DNA of 64,000 nt from an uncultured Chitinophagales bacterium (GCA_964572735.1 CAZNHE010000007.1:7492-71491); one strand, 5' to 3'; positions 28,581 through 38,090 are shown, counted from the first letter of the stretch. Made by a program: numbers and translations. Notes: generated by a model from the sequence alone, not told the origin.

Positions 28581-29732
28581 ATGACGAAAAAACACGACAA
28601 AATCATGATTTGTATTATAGGAATATCCCTGGCTGTTCGTGGATTGTTTATCCTGTTTACGCATGGGCACTGGTTCAATACCGACAGCTATGATTATATC
28701 CGGCAGGCTGATGCTATCCTGGCAGGTAATCCGAAGAGCTATTTCCCCAACGGGTATCCGCTATTGATTGTGTTGGCTAAATATCTTTTTGGAGGACCTT
28801 CATACATCTGTCTTTTACTCTTCCTGAATCTCCTGATGTCCACGGCATCTGTCGTGGCGGGATATCTTATCGGAAAGAGATTATTCGGCAGAAATACCGG
28901 TTTGTGGATTGCATTTGTGCTTTCGTTGTACCCCAATCAATTGAACTATGTACGTGAGATCATGTCCGAGGTTCCCGCCCAGTTTTTCCTGATGTCCGGA
29001 TTATATGCTTTTCTGAAACGGAATTACCTGTCAGCGGCCGTTCTGCTGACGATTACCTGTTTTTTCCGGACGGAATTTATACCGGTCGTTATTATTCTGG
29101 GAATAATACTCCGGCTGAAGGAAAAGCAGCCGGGCCGGGTGCTCCGTTATCTTGCCGGCCTGCTGGTCCTGTGCTCTTTGATCGGGTTGCTCCGGCATGA
29201 AGGAATCATTAAGCCGCCGGCTAATTTCGGAATGAATGTATTATTTGCCGTCAACGCCGACAGTCACCACGGCCTGGATTTTACCACCGATGGATATACA
29301 CAGGAGCAAATAAAGCATCCTGTGAAAACATACCTGGCTTTTGCGTGGAACCATCCGGCAATATTCGCTTCCCAAAGATTATGGTCGCTGTGGGAATTAT
29401 GGGGACCCTGGCCGGGGAATGGCAATGAACCCGGAGCTCAGAGAGGCACGATGGCAAAGCTTTTGATCGGCAGCCGTTTCATCTTTTTTTTATTAGCCGG
29501 TTATATGGCCGTTAAACGAAGACATGAATGGGAGGTTTGGATTCTGATGGTACCCGTAATCGCCATCACCGGGATACATTTCGCCCTTTACTCTACTCCG
29601 CGATACGAATATGTTGTCGAACCGCTGGTGTTGATATTAGGGATTGCGGGTATTGCAGAAATCCAGAAATATTTTATTGATGGGAAAGGAATAGAATCTG
29701 TCGCTAATCCCACAGATGCATTCTCCTCTTGA
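28581..29732 (+). CDS. GT-C fold membrane glycosyltransferase (ArnT/PMT-like)
   Basis: About 384 aa with multiple TM segments, an acidic first-loop motif (NTDSYDY) and the general look of GT39/GT83 proteins. I chose the start at MTKKHDK; the ORF is open from 28551. The family call is by pattern only. Confidence 0.55.
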   Translation: MTKKHDKIMICIIGISLAVRGLFILFTHGHWFNTDSYDYIRQADAILAGNPKSYFPNGYPLLIVLAKYLFGGPSYICLLLFLNLLMSTASVVAGYLIGKRLFGRNTGLWIAFVLSLYPNQLNYVREIMSEVPAQFFLMSGLYAFLKRNYLSAAVLLTITCFFRTEFIPVVIILGIILRLKEKQPGRVLRYLAGLLVLCSLIGLLRHEGIIKPPANFGMNVLFAVNADSHHGLDFTTDGYTQEQIKHPVKTYLAFAWNHPAIFASQRLWSLWELWGPWPGNGNEPGAQRGTMAKLLIGSRFIFFLLAGYMAVKRRHEWEVWILMVPVIAITGIHFALYSTPRYEYVVEPLVLILGIAGIAEIQKYFIDGKGIESVANPTDAFSS

Positions 29733-30780
29733 GTCCGGAAATCCGGTTATACGAAGCATCGATCCGTGTTTCATCAATCAGACCGTGCTCGAGCATATTT
29801 AGGATAATGGCGATAATCTGGCCCGTATCAGCAGGTTTGGAGTCAAGGTTTTTGCCGAAGGTGAGCAGGTCCGTGCCCGCTAAAATGGCCGATTCCACTA
29901 TTTCGCGGAGATCAAAATGCCGGGTTACGGCTCCCATTTCGAGATCGTCGCTGACAATGATGCCGGTGAATCCGAGTTCGCCCCTTAACAGACCGGTGAG
30001 GATATTTTTTGAAAGAGATGCCGGTTTTTCAGGATCCAGATGACGCTGTGTGATATGTGCGGCCATAATCATATCGCAAATCCCCAGGGATATTAGATGC
30101 CGGTAGGGGACAAGCTCGGTCCGGCTCCAGGTGCCGGTGACATCCGCCATTCCAAGATGAGTGTCCTTTTCAGAACTGCCATGGCCGGGAAAATGTTTCG
30201 GACAACCGGAAATATTCTGTTCCAGATGTGCCCTTAAAAAGGCTTCGGCATGAAGCGCCACCTTCTGCGGATCATCCGAAAAGCTGCGTTCTCTGGCTGC
30301 AATGATCGGGTTTTCAGGATTAATATTCACATCCACGCAAGGCGCAAAATTCAGGTTGATTCCCGACTGACGCAATGTCTCTGCTATTTTGGAAGCCTGT
30401 TCGTACGTAAATTGCAGATCATCCGACTCTCCTAATTGATGGTGCGAGGGCGAGGGTGGAAACCCGTAGTCCGGTTTCAGACGATTCACCTGTCCGCCTT
30501 CCTGGTCGATGGAAATAAACAGGGGATGAGAAGCTGCAGATTGCAGTTCTGAGGTGAGCCGCTGAAGCTGTACCGGCGAAACAATATTCCGGCCCTGTTG
30601 CCCGGCCGGCACGTCATAATCAAAGAGGATGACACTGCCGACATGATGCCGTGTCAAATCTTCAAATACCGGATTCTCCTCATCCAGTACTATTCCTCTA
30701 AACCCCACCAGCAGCATCTGCCCGATTTTTTCCTCCAGCGTAGGTTCGAATCTATTGTTCTGTGGCAGCGTTGATTTCAT
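29704..30780 (-). CDS. nagZ: Beta-N-acetylhexosaminidase (GH3, NagZ)
   Basis: The GH3 N-terminal domain blocks IGQMLLVGF, IDQEGG and KHFPGHG are present. There is no signal peptide. Confidence 0.85.
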   Translation of the reverse strand: MKSTLPQNNRFEPTLEEKIGQMLLVGFRGIVLDEENPVFEDLTRHHVGSVILFDYDVPAGQQGRNIVSPVQLQRLTSELQSAASHPLFISIDQEGGQVNRLKPDYGFPPSPSHHQLGESDDLQFTYEQASKIAETLRQSGINLNFAPCVDVNINPENPIIAARERSFSDDPQKVALHAEAFLRAHLEQNISGCPKHFPGHGSSEKDTHLGMADVTGTWSRTELVPYRHLISLGICDMIMAAHITQRHLDPEKPASLSKNILTGLLRGELGFTGIIVSDDLEMGAVTRHFDLREIVESAILAGTDLLTFGKNLDSKPADTGQIIAIILNMLEHGLIDETRIDASYNRISGLKRRMHLWD

Positions 30781-31065
30781 TACCTTAAACCGTTACATCT
30801 TTCTGTATTGTTGTTATGTCGGTTCTAAATTGCCGGACTTTTGTCGATTAAGGGCACTCTATGCGATCTTTGTATTCTCCACAGTGAGAAAAATAAGCCG
30901 CAACGTTCGCAAAGAAAAACCGCCGGGAGCGTAAAAGAACCATCCAAACCTGATTTTGAACCAAAGGCTCCGGATACAGAGAACGGGAATTAGCTACAGC
31001 GGAATATTCCTGACATAACATCGGGAGAAGCAGCTGGAAAAAATATCAAAATAATAATTCTACAG

Positions 31066-32337
31066 ATGCCGGCTACCACGACGAGACTATTGAATAGGAT
31101 CATCCTGCCAGTTCTTGCAGGATTTTTGGCATGTAACCCTTCAACAACACTATGCCAGACTCCAAAAGTGAAAACAGGTCTGGAAGTGCTGGAAGAGTCG
31201 GGTTTTAAGATTTTACAGGGAAAACGTGTGGGTTTGGTAACCAACCCGACGGGTGTGGACGCAAAGTTGCACTCCGACATCGATTTGTTATTTCATGCTC
31301 CGGGCGTTCAGTTGGTGGCGTTATTCGGTCCCGAGCACGGTGTTCGCGGAGACGTGCCGGCGGGCGGGAAAATCCGCAATATGACCGATCCGGCAACCGG
31401 ACTCCCGGTTTATTCGCTCTATGGCAGCCATCGCAAACCAACGGCTGCTATGTTGAAGGGGATCGACGTGCTGGTTTATGATATCCAGGATATCGGCGTT
31501 CGTTCGTATACCTACATCAGCACGCTGGGGAAGGTGATGGAGGCGGCCGCGGAAAACCGTATCCCGCTGATCGTGCTTGACAGGCCCGATCCGCTGGGAG
31601 GCAAAAAAATAGAGGGCATGCCGGTTCAGCCCGGATTCTTTTCATTCGTCAGTCCATATCCGATTCCGTATGTGTATGGATTGACCCCGGGAGAACTGGC
31701 CCGGTATCTAAACGGGGAGCATTTACTTGCCAATGGAGAGCAATGCCGGCTTACGGTGGTGAAGATGAAGGGATGGCATCGCAACATGACTTTTTCGGAT
31801 ACGGGGCTCCCCTGGGTACCTACTTCTCCCCATATCCCTTACGAAAATACGCCGGCTTATTGTGTGGCAACCGGCATCATGGGTGAACTGGGAGTGCTTT
31901 CAGAGGGGGTAGGATATACGCTGCCGTTCCGGATGCTCGCCGCTCCCTGGATGGACGCCAACAAAGTCGCCCGCGAACTCGTTGCCATGCACCTGCCCGG
32001 GATGAACTTCAGGCCGGTCAGCTTTCGTCCGTTTTACGGGAGGGACAAAGGGAAAGAATTACACGGGGTGCAGCTTTTTATCACGGATTTTAAGAAAGCC
32101 GATCTGATGGAAGTTCAGTTCGCGTTCATGCAGGTGAATCATCAGCTTTATCCGGATAAAAACCCGTTTGAAATGGCCGGCGCCTCCCGGATTCGTATGT
32201 TCGATAAGGTATTGGGGACCGACCAGATCCGCAGGATATTCCAGAAGCATTTTCTCCTGAAGGATATCCGGCCTTTATTGAACAAAGGACTGAAGGCCTT
32301 CAGAAAACGGGCCCACAGGTATTATTTATACCGATGA
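31066..32337 (+). CDS. namZ: DUF1343 / exo-beta-N-acetylmuramidase (NamZ family), exported
   Basis: RVGLVTNPTGVD, LFGPEHG and DIQDIG/VRSYTY blocks are typical of DUF1343. The N-terminus is signal/lipoprotein-like, ending LAGFLAC. Confidence 0.8.
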   Translation: MPATTTRLLNRIILPVLAGFLACNPSTTLCQTPKVKTGLEVLEESGFKILQGKRVGLVTNPTGVDAKLHSDIDLLFHAPGVQLVALFGPEHGVRGDVPAGGKIRNMTDPATGLPVYSLYGSHRKPTAAMLKGIDVLVYDIQDIGVRSYTYISTLGKVMEAAAENRIPLIVLDRPDPLGGKKIEGMPVQPGFFSFVSPYPIPYVYGLTPGELARYLNGEHLLANGEQCRLTVVKMKGWHRNMTFSDTGLPWVPTSPHIPYENTPAYCVATGIMGELGVLSEGVGYTLPFRMLAAPWMDANKVARELVAMHLPGMNFRPVSFRPFYGRDKGKELHGVQLFITDFKKADLMEVQFAFMQVNHQLYPDKNPFEMAGASRIRMFDKVLGTDQIRRIFQKHFLLKDIRPLLNKGLKAFRKRAHRYYLYR

Positions 32338-32380
32338 GGAGGAAATACGGACTAATCGGGAATGAAGCGTCCGGGCTTTC

Positions 32381-33994
32381 CTACTTGAAATCCTCGAAGT
32401 CGTCATCCATCGGGATGATTTCTGAGGGTTTTGTCATCTTCTTGCCTTTGTCATGTGCTGCAATAGAGGCATGAAAATTTTCAAGGTATGAAGGAGCATC
32501 CTGATCCGGTTTTATCTCGCCGGAATCAGATCCGTTATTCGAAGTACGGGTTTCATTTTTAGAGATGAGTCCCTGGATGTTTCTCTCGCCGTTCCCTCCC
32601 TGCATCCCGTTAGTTCCATTGTTAGGATGGATCTGTGTGGCGAGAAGCCGTGTGAGACTTTCAACAATACCCTGAAGCTGATGTGCCTCACTTCTCAGGT
32701 TCGCGGCTGCGACCGCGTTTTGTTCGGCTCCTGCGGCGTTTTTCTGAGTCACCGAATCAACGTCGTTCATAGCCCTGCTGATCTGCTCAAGACCCTGCGA
32801 TTGCTCGAATGAGGCGGTCGTGATTTCCGAGATCAGCTCATTCACGTTGATCGATTTAGTGGTTATATATTCAAGCATCTTAGCCACGTCCTCAACGAGA
32901 TTGACACCCTCATTCGTGGCATGGCTTTTTTCCTCAATGATCACTTCGGTTTCCTTGGCGGCCTCCGATGTACGCAGGGCAAGCCGGCGGACTTCGTCGG
33001 CAACGACGGCAAATCCAAGCCCGGCCTCTCCGGCGCGAGCCGCTTCCACAGCCGCGTTAAGAGCCAGAAGATTGGTCTGAAAGGCAATTTCATCGATCGC
33101 CTTAATGATCTTCGAGGTTTCGTCGGTCGACACTTTTAACTGGTTCATGGCTGCACGCAACTGCATCATAGCAGCATTTCCTTCCTCCGCCGCCGTTTTA
33201 TTCTGATCCGCGAGCTTGTTTGCCTCCTCGGCGGTCTCGGCATTCTGACGCGTCATAGAGCTCAATTCCTCAATAGAGGCAGATGTTTCTTCAAGTGAGG
33301 AGGCCTGCTGCGATGCTCCCTCCGCCATCTCTTCACTGGATGCAGACAGACGCAGGGAAGCTTCCCCCATACTTTCAGAGGCATGAATCAGGTGAACAAC
33401 CGTTTCCTGGATAGGTTTGTAAATTCGTGTTCCATACGCGTACCCGATTACCATGAAAGCGATCAGGGCAAGAAATGCTGCATACAGGCTCACTAACAGC
33501 ACATGATGAGCATTGGCTGTGAGGGAACGGGTACTGAATTCAATTTTAAGGGCGCCAATGATAGCTCCAACCTGATGGCTGCTGCCTTTTTTGTAGATAG
33601 GAATGGTGTAGGTGATTTTGTCGCCGTTAATTTCTTTTATTGTATGATCGATCAGGCCGGGTATGGTGAGTTTATCGTTGCCGGGGCCCACGCCATACAG
33701 ATAGGCTGCATTCTCATCGAAAACAGTTGCAGCCACGACACCGTCATTCAGCGTCTGGTTATCAAACGGCTGCAGAAGTTGTCGTATGTTTTCGCCGTTA
33801 TCCAGGATGCGGGTCTCCAGGCCGATGGACAGATCCTGTGCCAGCACCTTGGCGGTTTGTTTGGTTGAAATCGACAAAATCTGGGTTCCCATCTGGCGGG
33901 CATTATACGGAAAGTATATCGCCATAAAGATAGCGGTCACCACTCCGATGACCGACAGCAGCACCATAATTTGCAGACGAAGCGAAAGTCTCAT
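32381..33994 (-). CDS. Methyl-accepting chemotaxis protein
   Basis: It has two TM segments flanking a periplasmic sensor of about 150 aa. The highly conserved signalling hairpin EIAFQTNLLALNAAVEAARAGEAGLGFAVVADEVRRLA is present. Confidence 0.9.
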   Translation of the reverse strand: MRLSLRLQIMVLLSVIGVVTAIFMAIYFPYNARQMGTQILSISTKQTAKVLAQDLSIGLETRILDNGENIRQLLQPFDNQTLNDGVVAATVFDENAAYLYGVGPGNDKLTIPGLIDHTIKEINGDKITYTIPIYKKGSSHQVGAIIGALKIEFSTRSLTANAHHVLLVSLYAAFLALIAFMVIGYAYGTRIYKPIQETVVHLIHASESMGEASLRLSASSEEMAEGASQQASSLEETSASIEELSSMTRQNAETAEEANKLADQNKTAAEEGNAAMMQLRAAMNQLKVSTDETSKIIKAIDEIAFQTNLLALNAAVEAARAGEAGLGFAVVADEVRRLALRTSEAAKETEVIIEEKSHATNEGVNLVEDVAKMLEYITTKSINVNELISEITTASFEQSQGLEQISRAMNDVDSVTQKNAAGAEQNAVAAANLRSEAHQLQGIVESLTRLLATQIHPNNGTNGMQGGNGERNIQGLISKNETRTSNNGSDSGEIKPDQDAPSYLENFHASIAAHDKGKKMTKPSEIIPMDDDFEDFK

Positions 33995-34418
33995 GAATGA
34001 TTCCAGTGATTACCGGTGAAAATATGATTCGGTGAAATCCTGGCCCTTACATCTCCGTAAGAGGCAATGGCCAGATCTGTTGCGAAGACGGAACGCTCAT
34101 CTTAAAGTGCCCCATCCACAGTTAATCTCAATGGGTTATCGTCTTAAGTTTTCCCTATCTTTAGAGATGAAGGAAAGAGGATGGGAAATCGATCATTTGT
34201 TATGTCCTTATTCCGCATGAGAGAAGAAGGAGGGTTCTCTTAAGATTCCGGAAAAACCGTTTAAAGACGGATGCCGTTTGTGAAGTTGCCGGGAAGATGT
34301 TAAAATAATTATCGTGACCTGATATCCATCCAAATTATTGCTAACGTACTTGGTTCCCGGAACGATAACCTGATTTCATATCGCCAGGGGAGGCTCACAT
34401 GGTCCCAATGAAACTTAT

Positions 34419-34910
34419 ATGTCGAATAGCAATCGGATACAACCTGTTTTAGTGGTTCTTGCCGCAGTGATGATAATAGGCTATAGCTGCCGCTCCAGCC
34501 GTGAAAACCATAAACAAGAGGACAAAGCCGTAACAATGAGCAGAGACAGCATGGCTGCACAAAACGGAAAATCAGCCGGCTACAAGAAAATGCCGCCCGG
34601 TCAGGCAGCCGTTAGGGGACATGTCCTGCTGTTTAATGAAAACAAACCTGCGGATGCCGTCATTGAAATCGATCAGGTGTTGGGGTACGGTCCGGCTACT
34701 CCGATGCTGGCAACCGGGCAGCAGGTGAGGGCAATCATCCCCTCTTTTTCCGCGGCCGACACAACAAAAATATCTCAGGAGAAACGGCTGATAATTTCCG
34801 GAAAGACTCACATCTTCATCCTGAGACACACAGGCGGGAAAATGCTTACAGGGCATAAAGAGAAAGAAAAACAGGCGCCGGCCTGGCTCATACAGAACGT
34901 CCAACCATAG
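34419..34910 (+). CDS. Hypothetical lipoprotein
   Basis: A signal peptide with the lipobox-like IIGYSC. It ends 8 nt upstream of the next gene, suggesting an operon. No family is recognised. Confidence 0.5.
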   Translation: MSNSNRIQPVLVVLAAVMIIGYSCRSSRENHKQEDKAVTMSRDSMAAQNGKSAGYKKMPPGQAAVRGHVLLFNENKPADAVIEIDQVLGYGPATPMLATGQQVRAIIPSFSAADTTKISQEKRLIISGKTHIFILRHTGGKMLTGHKEKEKQAPAWLIQNVQP

Positions 34911-34917
34911 AAAGAAT

Positions 34918-37770
34918 ATGTCGTTAAGAAAGCACGGTTCGGATTACCTCGTTATGGTGTTGCTTTTGATTGCCGGGAGCCTGACGGTGATGTTGCCGGT
35001 CCTGAAGTTTACCGAACATCACGAATCCCGGGAGGAACACGAGCTTCATGAAGAACACGAACATGAGGAGCATAAGGAGAACGCCCGGAAATCCGGCGCC
35101 GAGCGATACAGCTATATCTTCCATATGCTCCGTGACCCTAAGACAGGGAAAATACCGGACAACGCCCGTTCGCGGGAGTTGTCTTATGCCCATATGATCG
35201 ACCGGGAGAACCGCGGTTCAAAATCTTCATCAACCGTAGCGGCAGCTACAGGATTCAGCTGGTCACAGGTGGGACCCTACGACGTCGGAGGCCGGACCCG
35301 GGCACTGGCCGTAGATATCAAGGATCCGGGGACATACCTTGCAGGAGCCGTTTCCGGCGGAGTCTGGAAATCCACCGATTTCGGTGCCGACTGGACCCTG
35401 ACCACCTCGTCCGACCAAAGCATGAGTGTAACCTACCTGGCCCAGGATCCTGTGAATACCAACATATGGTACTATTGCGGCGGAGAATATGCCGGGAATA
35501 CGGCCAGTACGACCGGCGCACCCTATATGGGAGCCGGCATCTTCAAATCCACCGATAACGGCGATTCCTGGTCCGTCATCCCCTCTACACAGGTTACCGA
35601 CGAGACGAGTTGGAACAGCCCTTTTCAGCTTTGCTCAAAGATCGTGGTGAGCCCGACGACCGAATCGGTATTTGTGTGTACTAATGCGGGCGTTATTATG
35701 CGCATGAAGAAAGGAGAGACTTCCTTTAAAACGATTTTGGGGGGACTTAACGAACACTATTTCACGAGCATTGCCGTGGCTTCCAACGGCACATTGATGG
35801 CCGCACTTTCGGAGTTTCACTACTCAGGTCAACCCCAGAATTCCGATCCCGGAATTTATTTGTCGACTGACGACGGAGATACCTGGACCAACATCACCCC
35901 AAAGCCGTTTCCAATAAGTTATGAGCGAACCGTGCTGGATTTTGCGCCGTCAGATCCAGATATCGCCTATTCGTTTACCTATACCGGCAAAGAAAAAGAC
36001 GGGCACGACGACATGCGCTTTTTCAAATATACGGTTTCGGGGGATTCCGCCTCTGCCGTCGATCGTTCAGCCAACCTCCCTGATTTTGGCGGAAAAGCCG
36101 GCAGCTTTCACCAGGGAAATTATAACATGCTTATCGCTGTTAAACCGGACGATCCCGATTTTGTGTTGATCGGATCTACCAATTTATATCGCTCTTTTGA
36201 CGGTTTTGCCACCCCGGCCGACAATCTCAGGAAAAACTGGATCGGCGGATACAGCACCCAGAATAATTATGAAAGTTACCCGGGACATCATCCCGATCAG
36301 CATGTGATTGCGTTCACACCAGGTCATCCCGATATCGTGCTTAGCGGGCACGACGGAGGGATCAGTGAAACCAGGGATATCACCCAGACCTCGGGCACCA
36401 CCAATGACGTTGTAGACTGGCAAAGCCTGGATAACAAATACCTGACTACCCAATTTTATGCCGTCACAATGCGAAATGTGAAAGGCGATACGCGGATACT
36501 GGGAGGCACCCAGGACAACGGCTCTCCTTTTTTCGAGGCGGGATCGGATTTGAATTCGGTTTCGGTGGATATCAGCTCAGGTGACGGCGGCGATGCTTAT
36601 CTGGGAGCGAAGTACGCATACGCTTCTGTTCAGAACGGAACGGTCATCCGTTACAATTATAGTCGTTCCGGACAAATCAATCTGGGCAGCCAAAGAGAGG
36701 TCCAGCCGGTTGAAGCCACCAGTCCCCTGTTTATTAATCCCTATGCCGTGGATCCCGGTAATGAAAATGTGATGCTCTATCCTTCCGGAGATTCCCTGTG
36801 GAGAAACACAAAGATGGAATCGTCGGATCCGGGTTCCTCATGGCAGCTGGTAACCAAAGTAAAGGGTCCGACAGGAGAAAACTTTACCGCAGTCAGCATC
36901 TCCCAAGAGCCGGAACATATTGCATACCTGGGCACATCGGGCGGGGATAGTGACAATCCGCATGTCTATCGTATGGATAATGCCGCCACTTCGGCGGATG
37001 CCGCGGATATTTCATCCTCCGCTTTCCCAACCGGCGGATATATCACCGATATCGCCGTTAATCCCCGTGACGCCAATGAATTTATTGTGGTATTCTCCAA
37101 CTATAATGTTCCGAGCCTGTTTTATTCGGATGACGGGGGAAAAACCTACAGCCAGATCGAGGGCAATTTGCAGGGTCAATTAGAACCTGCCAGCGGAGAT
37201 TATCTCGGGCCTTCCGTTCGCTCGGCGGCAATTACTTATACCGGCGACGGTAAGTATTTTCTGGCAGGAACCAGCACCGGACTGTACATGACTACCAAAC
37301 TCGCAGGCGACAATACGCAATGGGTAAAGCAAGCTTCCGGTAAGGACATGATCGGCGAAACGGTTGTCGATTATTTGTACGCCCGCCCCGTTGACGGCTG
37401 GATAGCGGTGGGAACGCACGGCCGCGGCGTCTTTTTGGGAAGGCCGAATACGCCGCTGGCGATTGAGAAGAATCCGGCCGCAGAAGTGCCGGTACGCTTT
37501 AACCTGGAACAAAATTATCCCAATCCCTTCAATCCGTCAACAAATATTCCGTTTGAACTGCATCAGCCGGCCCGCGTTACCCTCCGGGTTTACGATATTA
37601 CCGGAAGGCTTGTATCCACACTTCTGGATGATGAATACCGGGGCGCCGGCCAGTACAGTATCCGTTTTGCAGCGTACCAACTGGCCAGCGGCACCTACTT
37701 TTATCGCCTGAAAGCCCTGACAAAAGACGGCCGGTTCGTCCGGACCCGGAAGATGACGCTGCTTAGGTGA
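34918..37770 (+). CDS. BNR/Asp-box repeat beta-propeller protein with T9SS C-terminal sorting domain
   Basis: - Repeated SxDxGxTW-type Asp-boxes: STDFGADWT, STDNGDSWS, STDDGDTWT, SDDGGKTYS.
- The C-terminus NYPNPFNPSTNIPFEL ... SGTYFYRLKA is a type-A T9SS CTD.
- The N-terminus carries a His/Glu-rich tract. Confidence 0.8.
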   Translation: MSLRKHGSDYLVMVLLLIAGSLTVMLPVLKFTEHHESREEHELHEEHEHEEHKENARKSGAERYSYIFHMLRDPKTGKIPDNARSRELSYAHMIDRENRGSKSSSTVAAATGFSWSQVGPYDVGGRTRALAVDIKDPGTYLAGAVSGGVWKSTDFGADWTLTTSSDQSMSVTYLAQDPVNTNIWYYCGGEYAGNTASTTGAPYMGAGIFKSTDNGDSWSVIPSTQVTDETSWNSPFQLCSKIVVSPTTESVFVCTNAGVIMRMKKGETSFKTILGGLNEHYFTSIAVASNGTLMAALSEFHYSGQPQNSDPGIYLSTDDGDTWTNITPKPFPISYERTVLDFAPSDPDIAYSFTYTGKEKDGHDDMRFFKYTVSGDSASAVDRSANLPDFGGKAGSFHQGNYNMLIAVKPDDPDFVLIGSTNLYRSFDGFATPADNLRKNWIGGYSTQNNYESYPGHHPDQHVIAFTPGHPDIVLSGHDGGISETRDITQTSGTTNDVVDWQSLDNKYLTTQFYAVTMRNVKGDTRILGGTQDNGSPFFEAGSDLNSVSVDISSGDGGDAYLGAKYAYASVQNGTVIRYNYSRSGQINLGSQREVQPVEATSPLFINPYAVDPGNENVMLYPSGDSLWRNTKMESSDPGSSWQLVTKVKGPTGENFTAVSISQEPEHIAYLGTSGGDSDNPHVYRMDNAATSADAADISSSAFPTGGYITDIAVNPRDANEFIVVFSNYNVPSLFYSDDGGKTYSQIEGNLQGQLEPASGDYLGPSVRSAAITYTGDGKYFLAGTSTGLYMTTKLAGDNTQWVKQASGKDMIGETVVDYLYARPVDGWIAVGTHGRGVFLGRPNTPLAIEKNPAAEVPVRFNLEQNYPNPFNPSTNIPFELHQPARVTLRVYDITGRLVSTLLDDEYRGAGQYSIRFAAYQLASGTYFYRLKALTKDGRFVRTRKMTLLR

Positions 37771-37847
37771 GAGTTGGGGGTAGTCGGTTGTTAATGGCTG
37801 GTTGTCAACCTCTGAAGAAGATAGAAAATCCCTCGCTGGAGGGGGAC

Positions 37848-37871
37848 GATATTCCGGCTTGTCGGAATATC
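37848..37871 (+). terminator. Hairpin downstream of the T9SS cargo gene
   Basis: GATATTCCG-GCTTGT-CGGAATATC forms a perfect 9-bp stem flanked by G-rich runs. There is no U-tract. Confidence 0.3.
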
Positions 37872-37946
37872 AGGGGGAGGTTCATAACAAGCACTGAACT
37901 AATCCCTGAATAAACTTGATCTTTTTCAATTTCAGAACAAGGAGCA

Positions 37947-37991
37947 ATGATTTGAGATTTCCGAAATGCTTCTTCCCAAATCTCAAATCAT
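37947..37991. repeat. Perfect 14-bp inverted repeat (ATGATTTGAGATTT / AAATCTCAAATCAT) with 17-nt spacer
   Basis: Read directly from the sequence. It lies about 165 nt upstream of the anmK start. Confidence 0.8.
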
Positions 37992-38090
37992 CAATCCTCA
38001 CTCGTATATCATTCACCTTACAGGTTGAGATTAAGATTAAGAATTATTCTAAAACAGGGTTGACGAGCGTTACATAAAAATCATCTTTAT

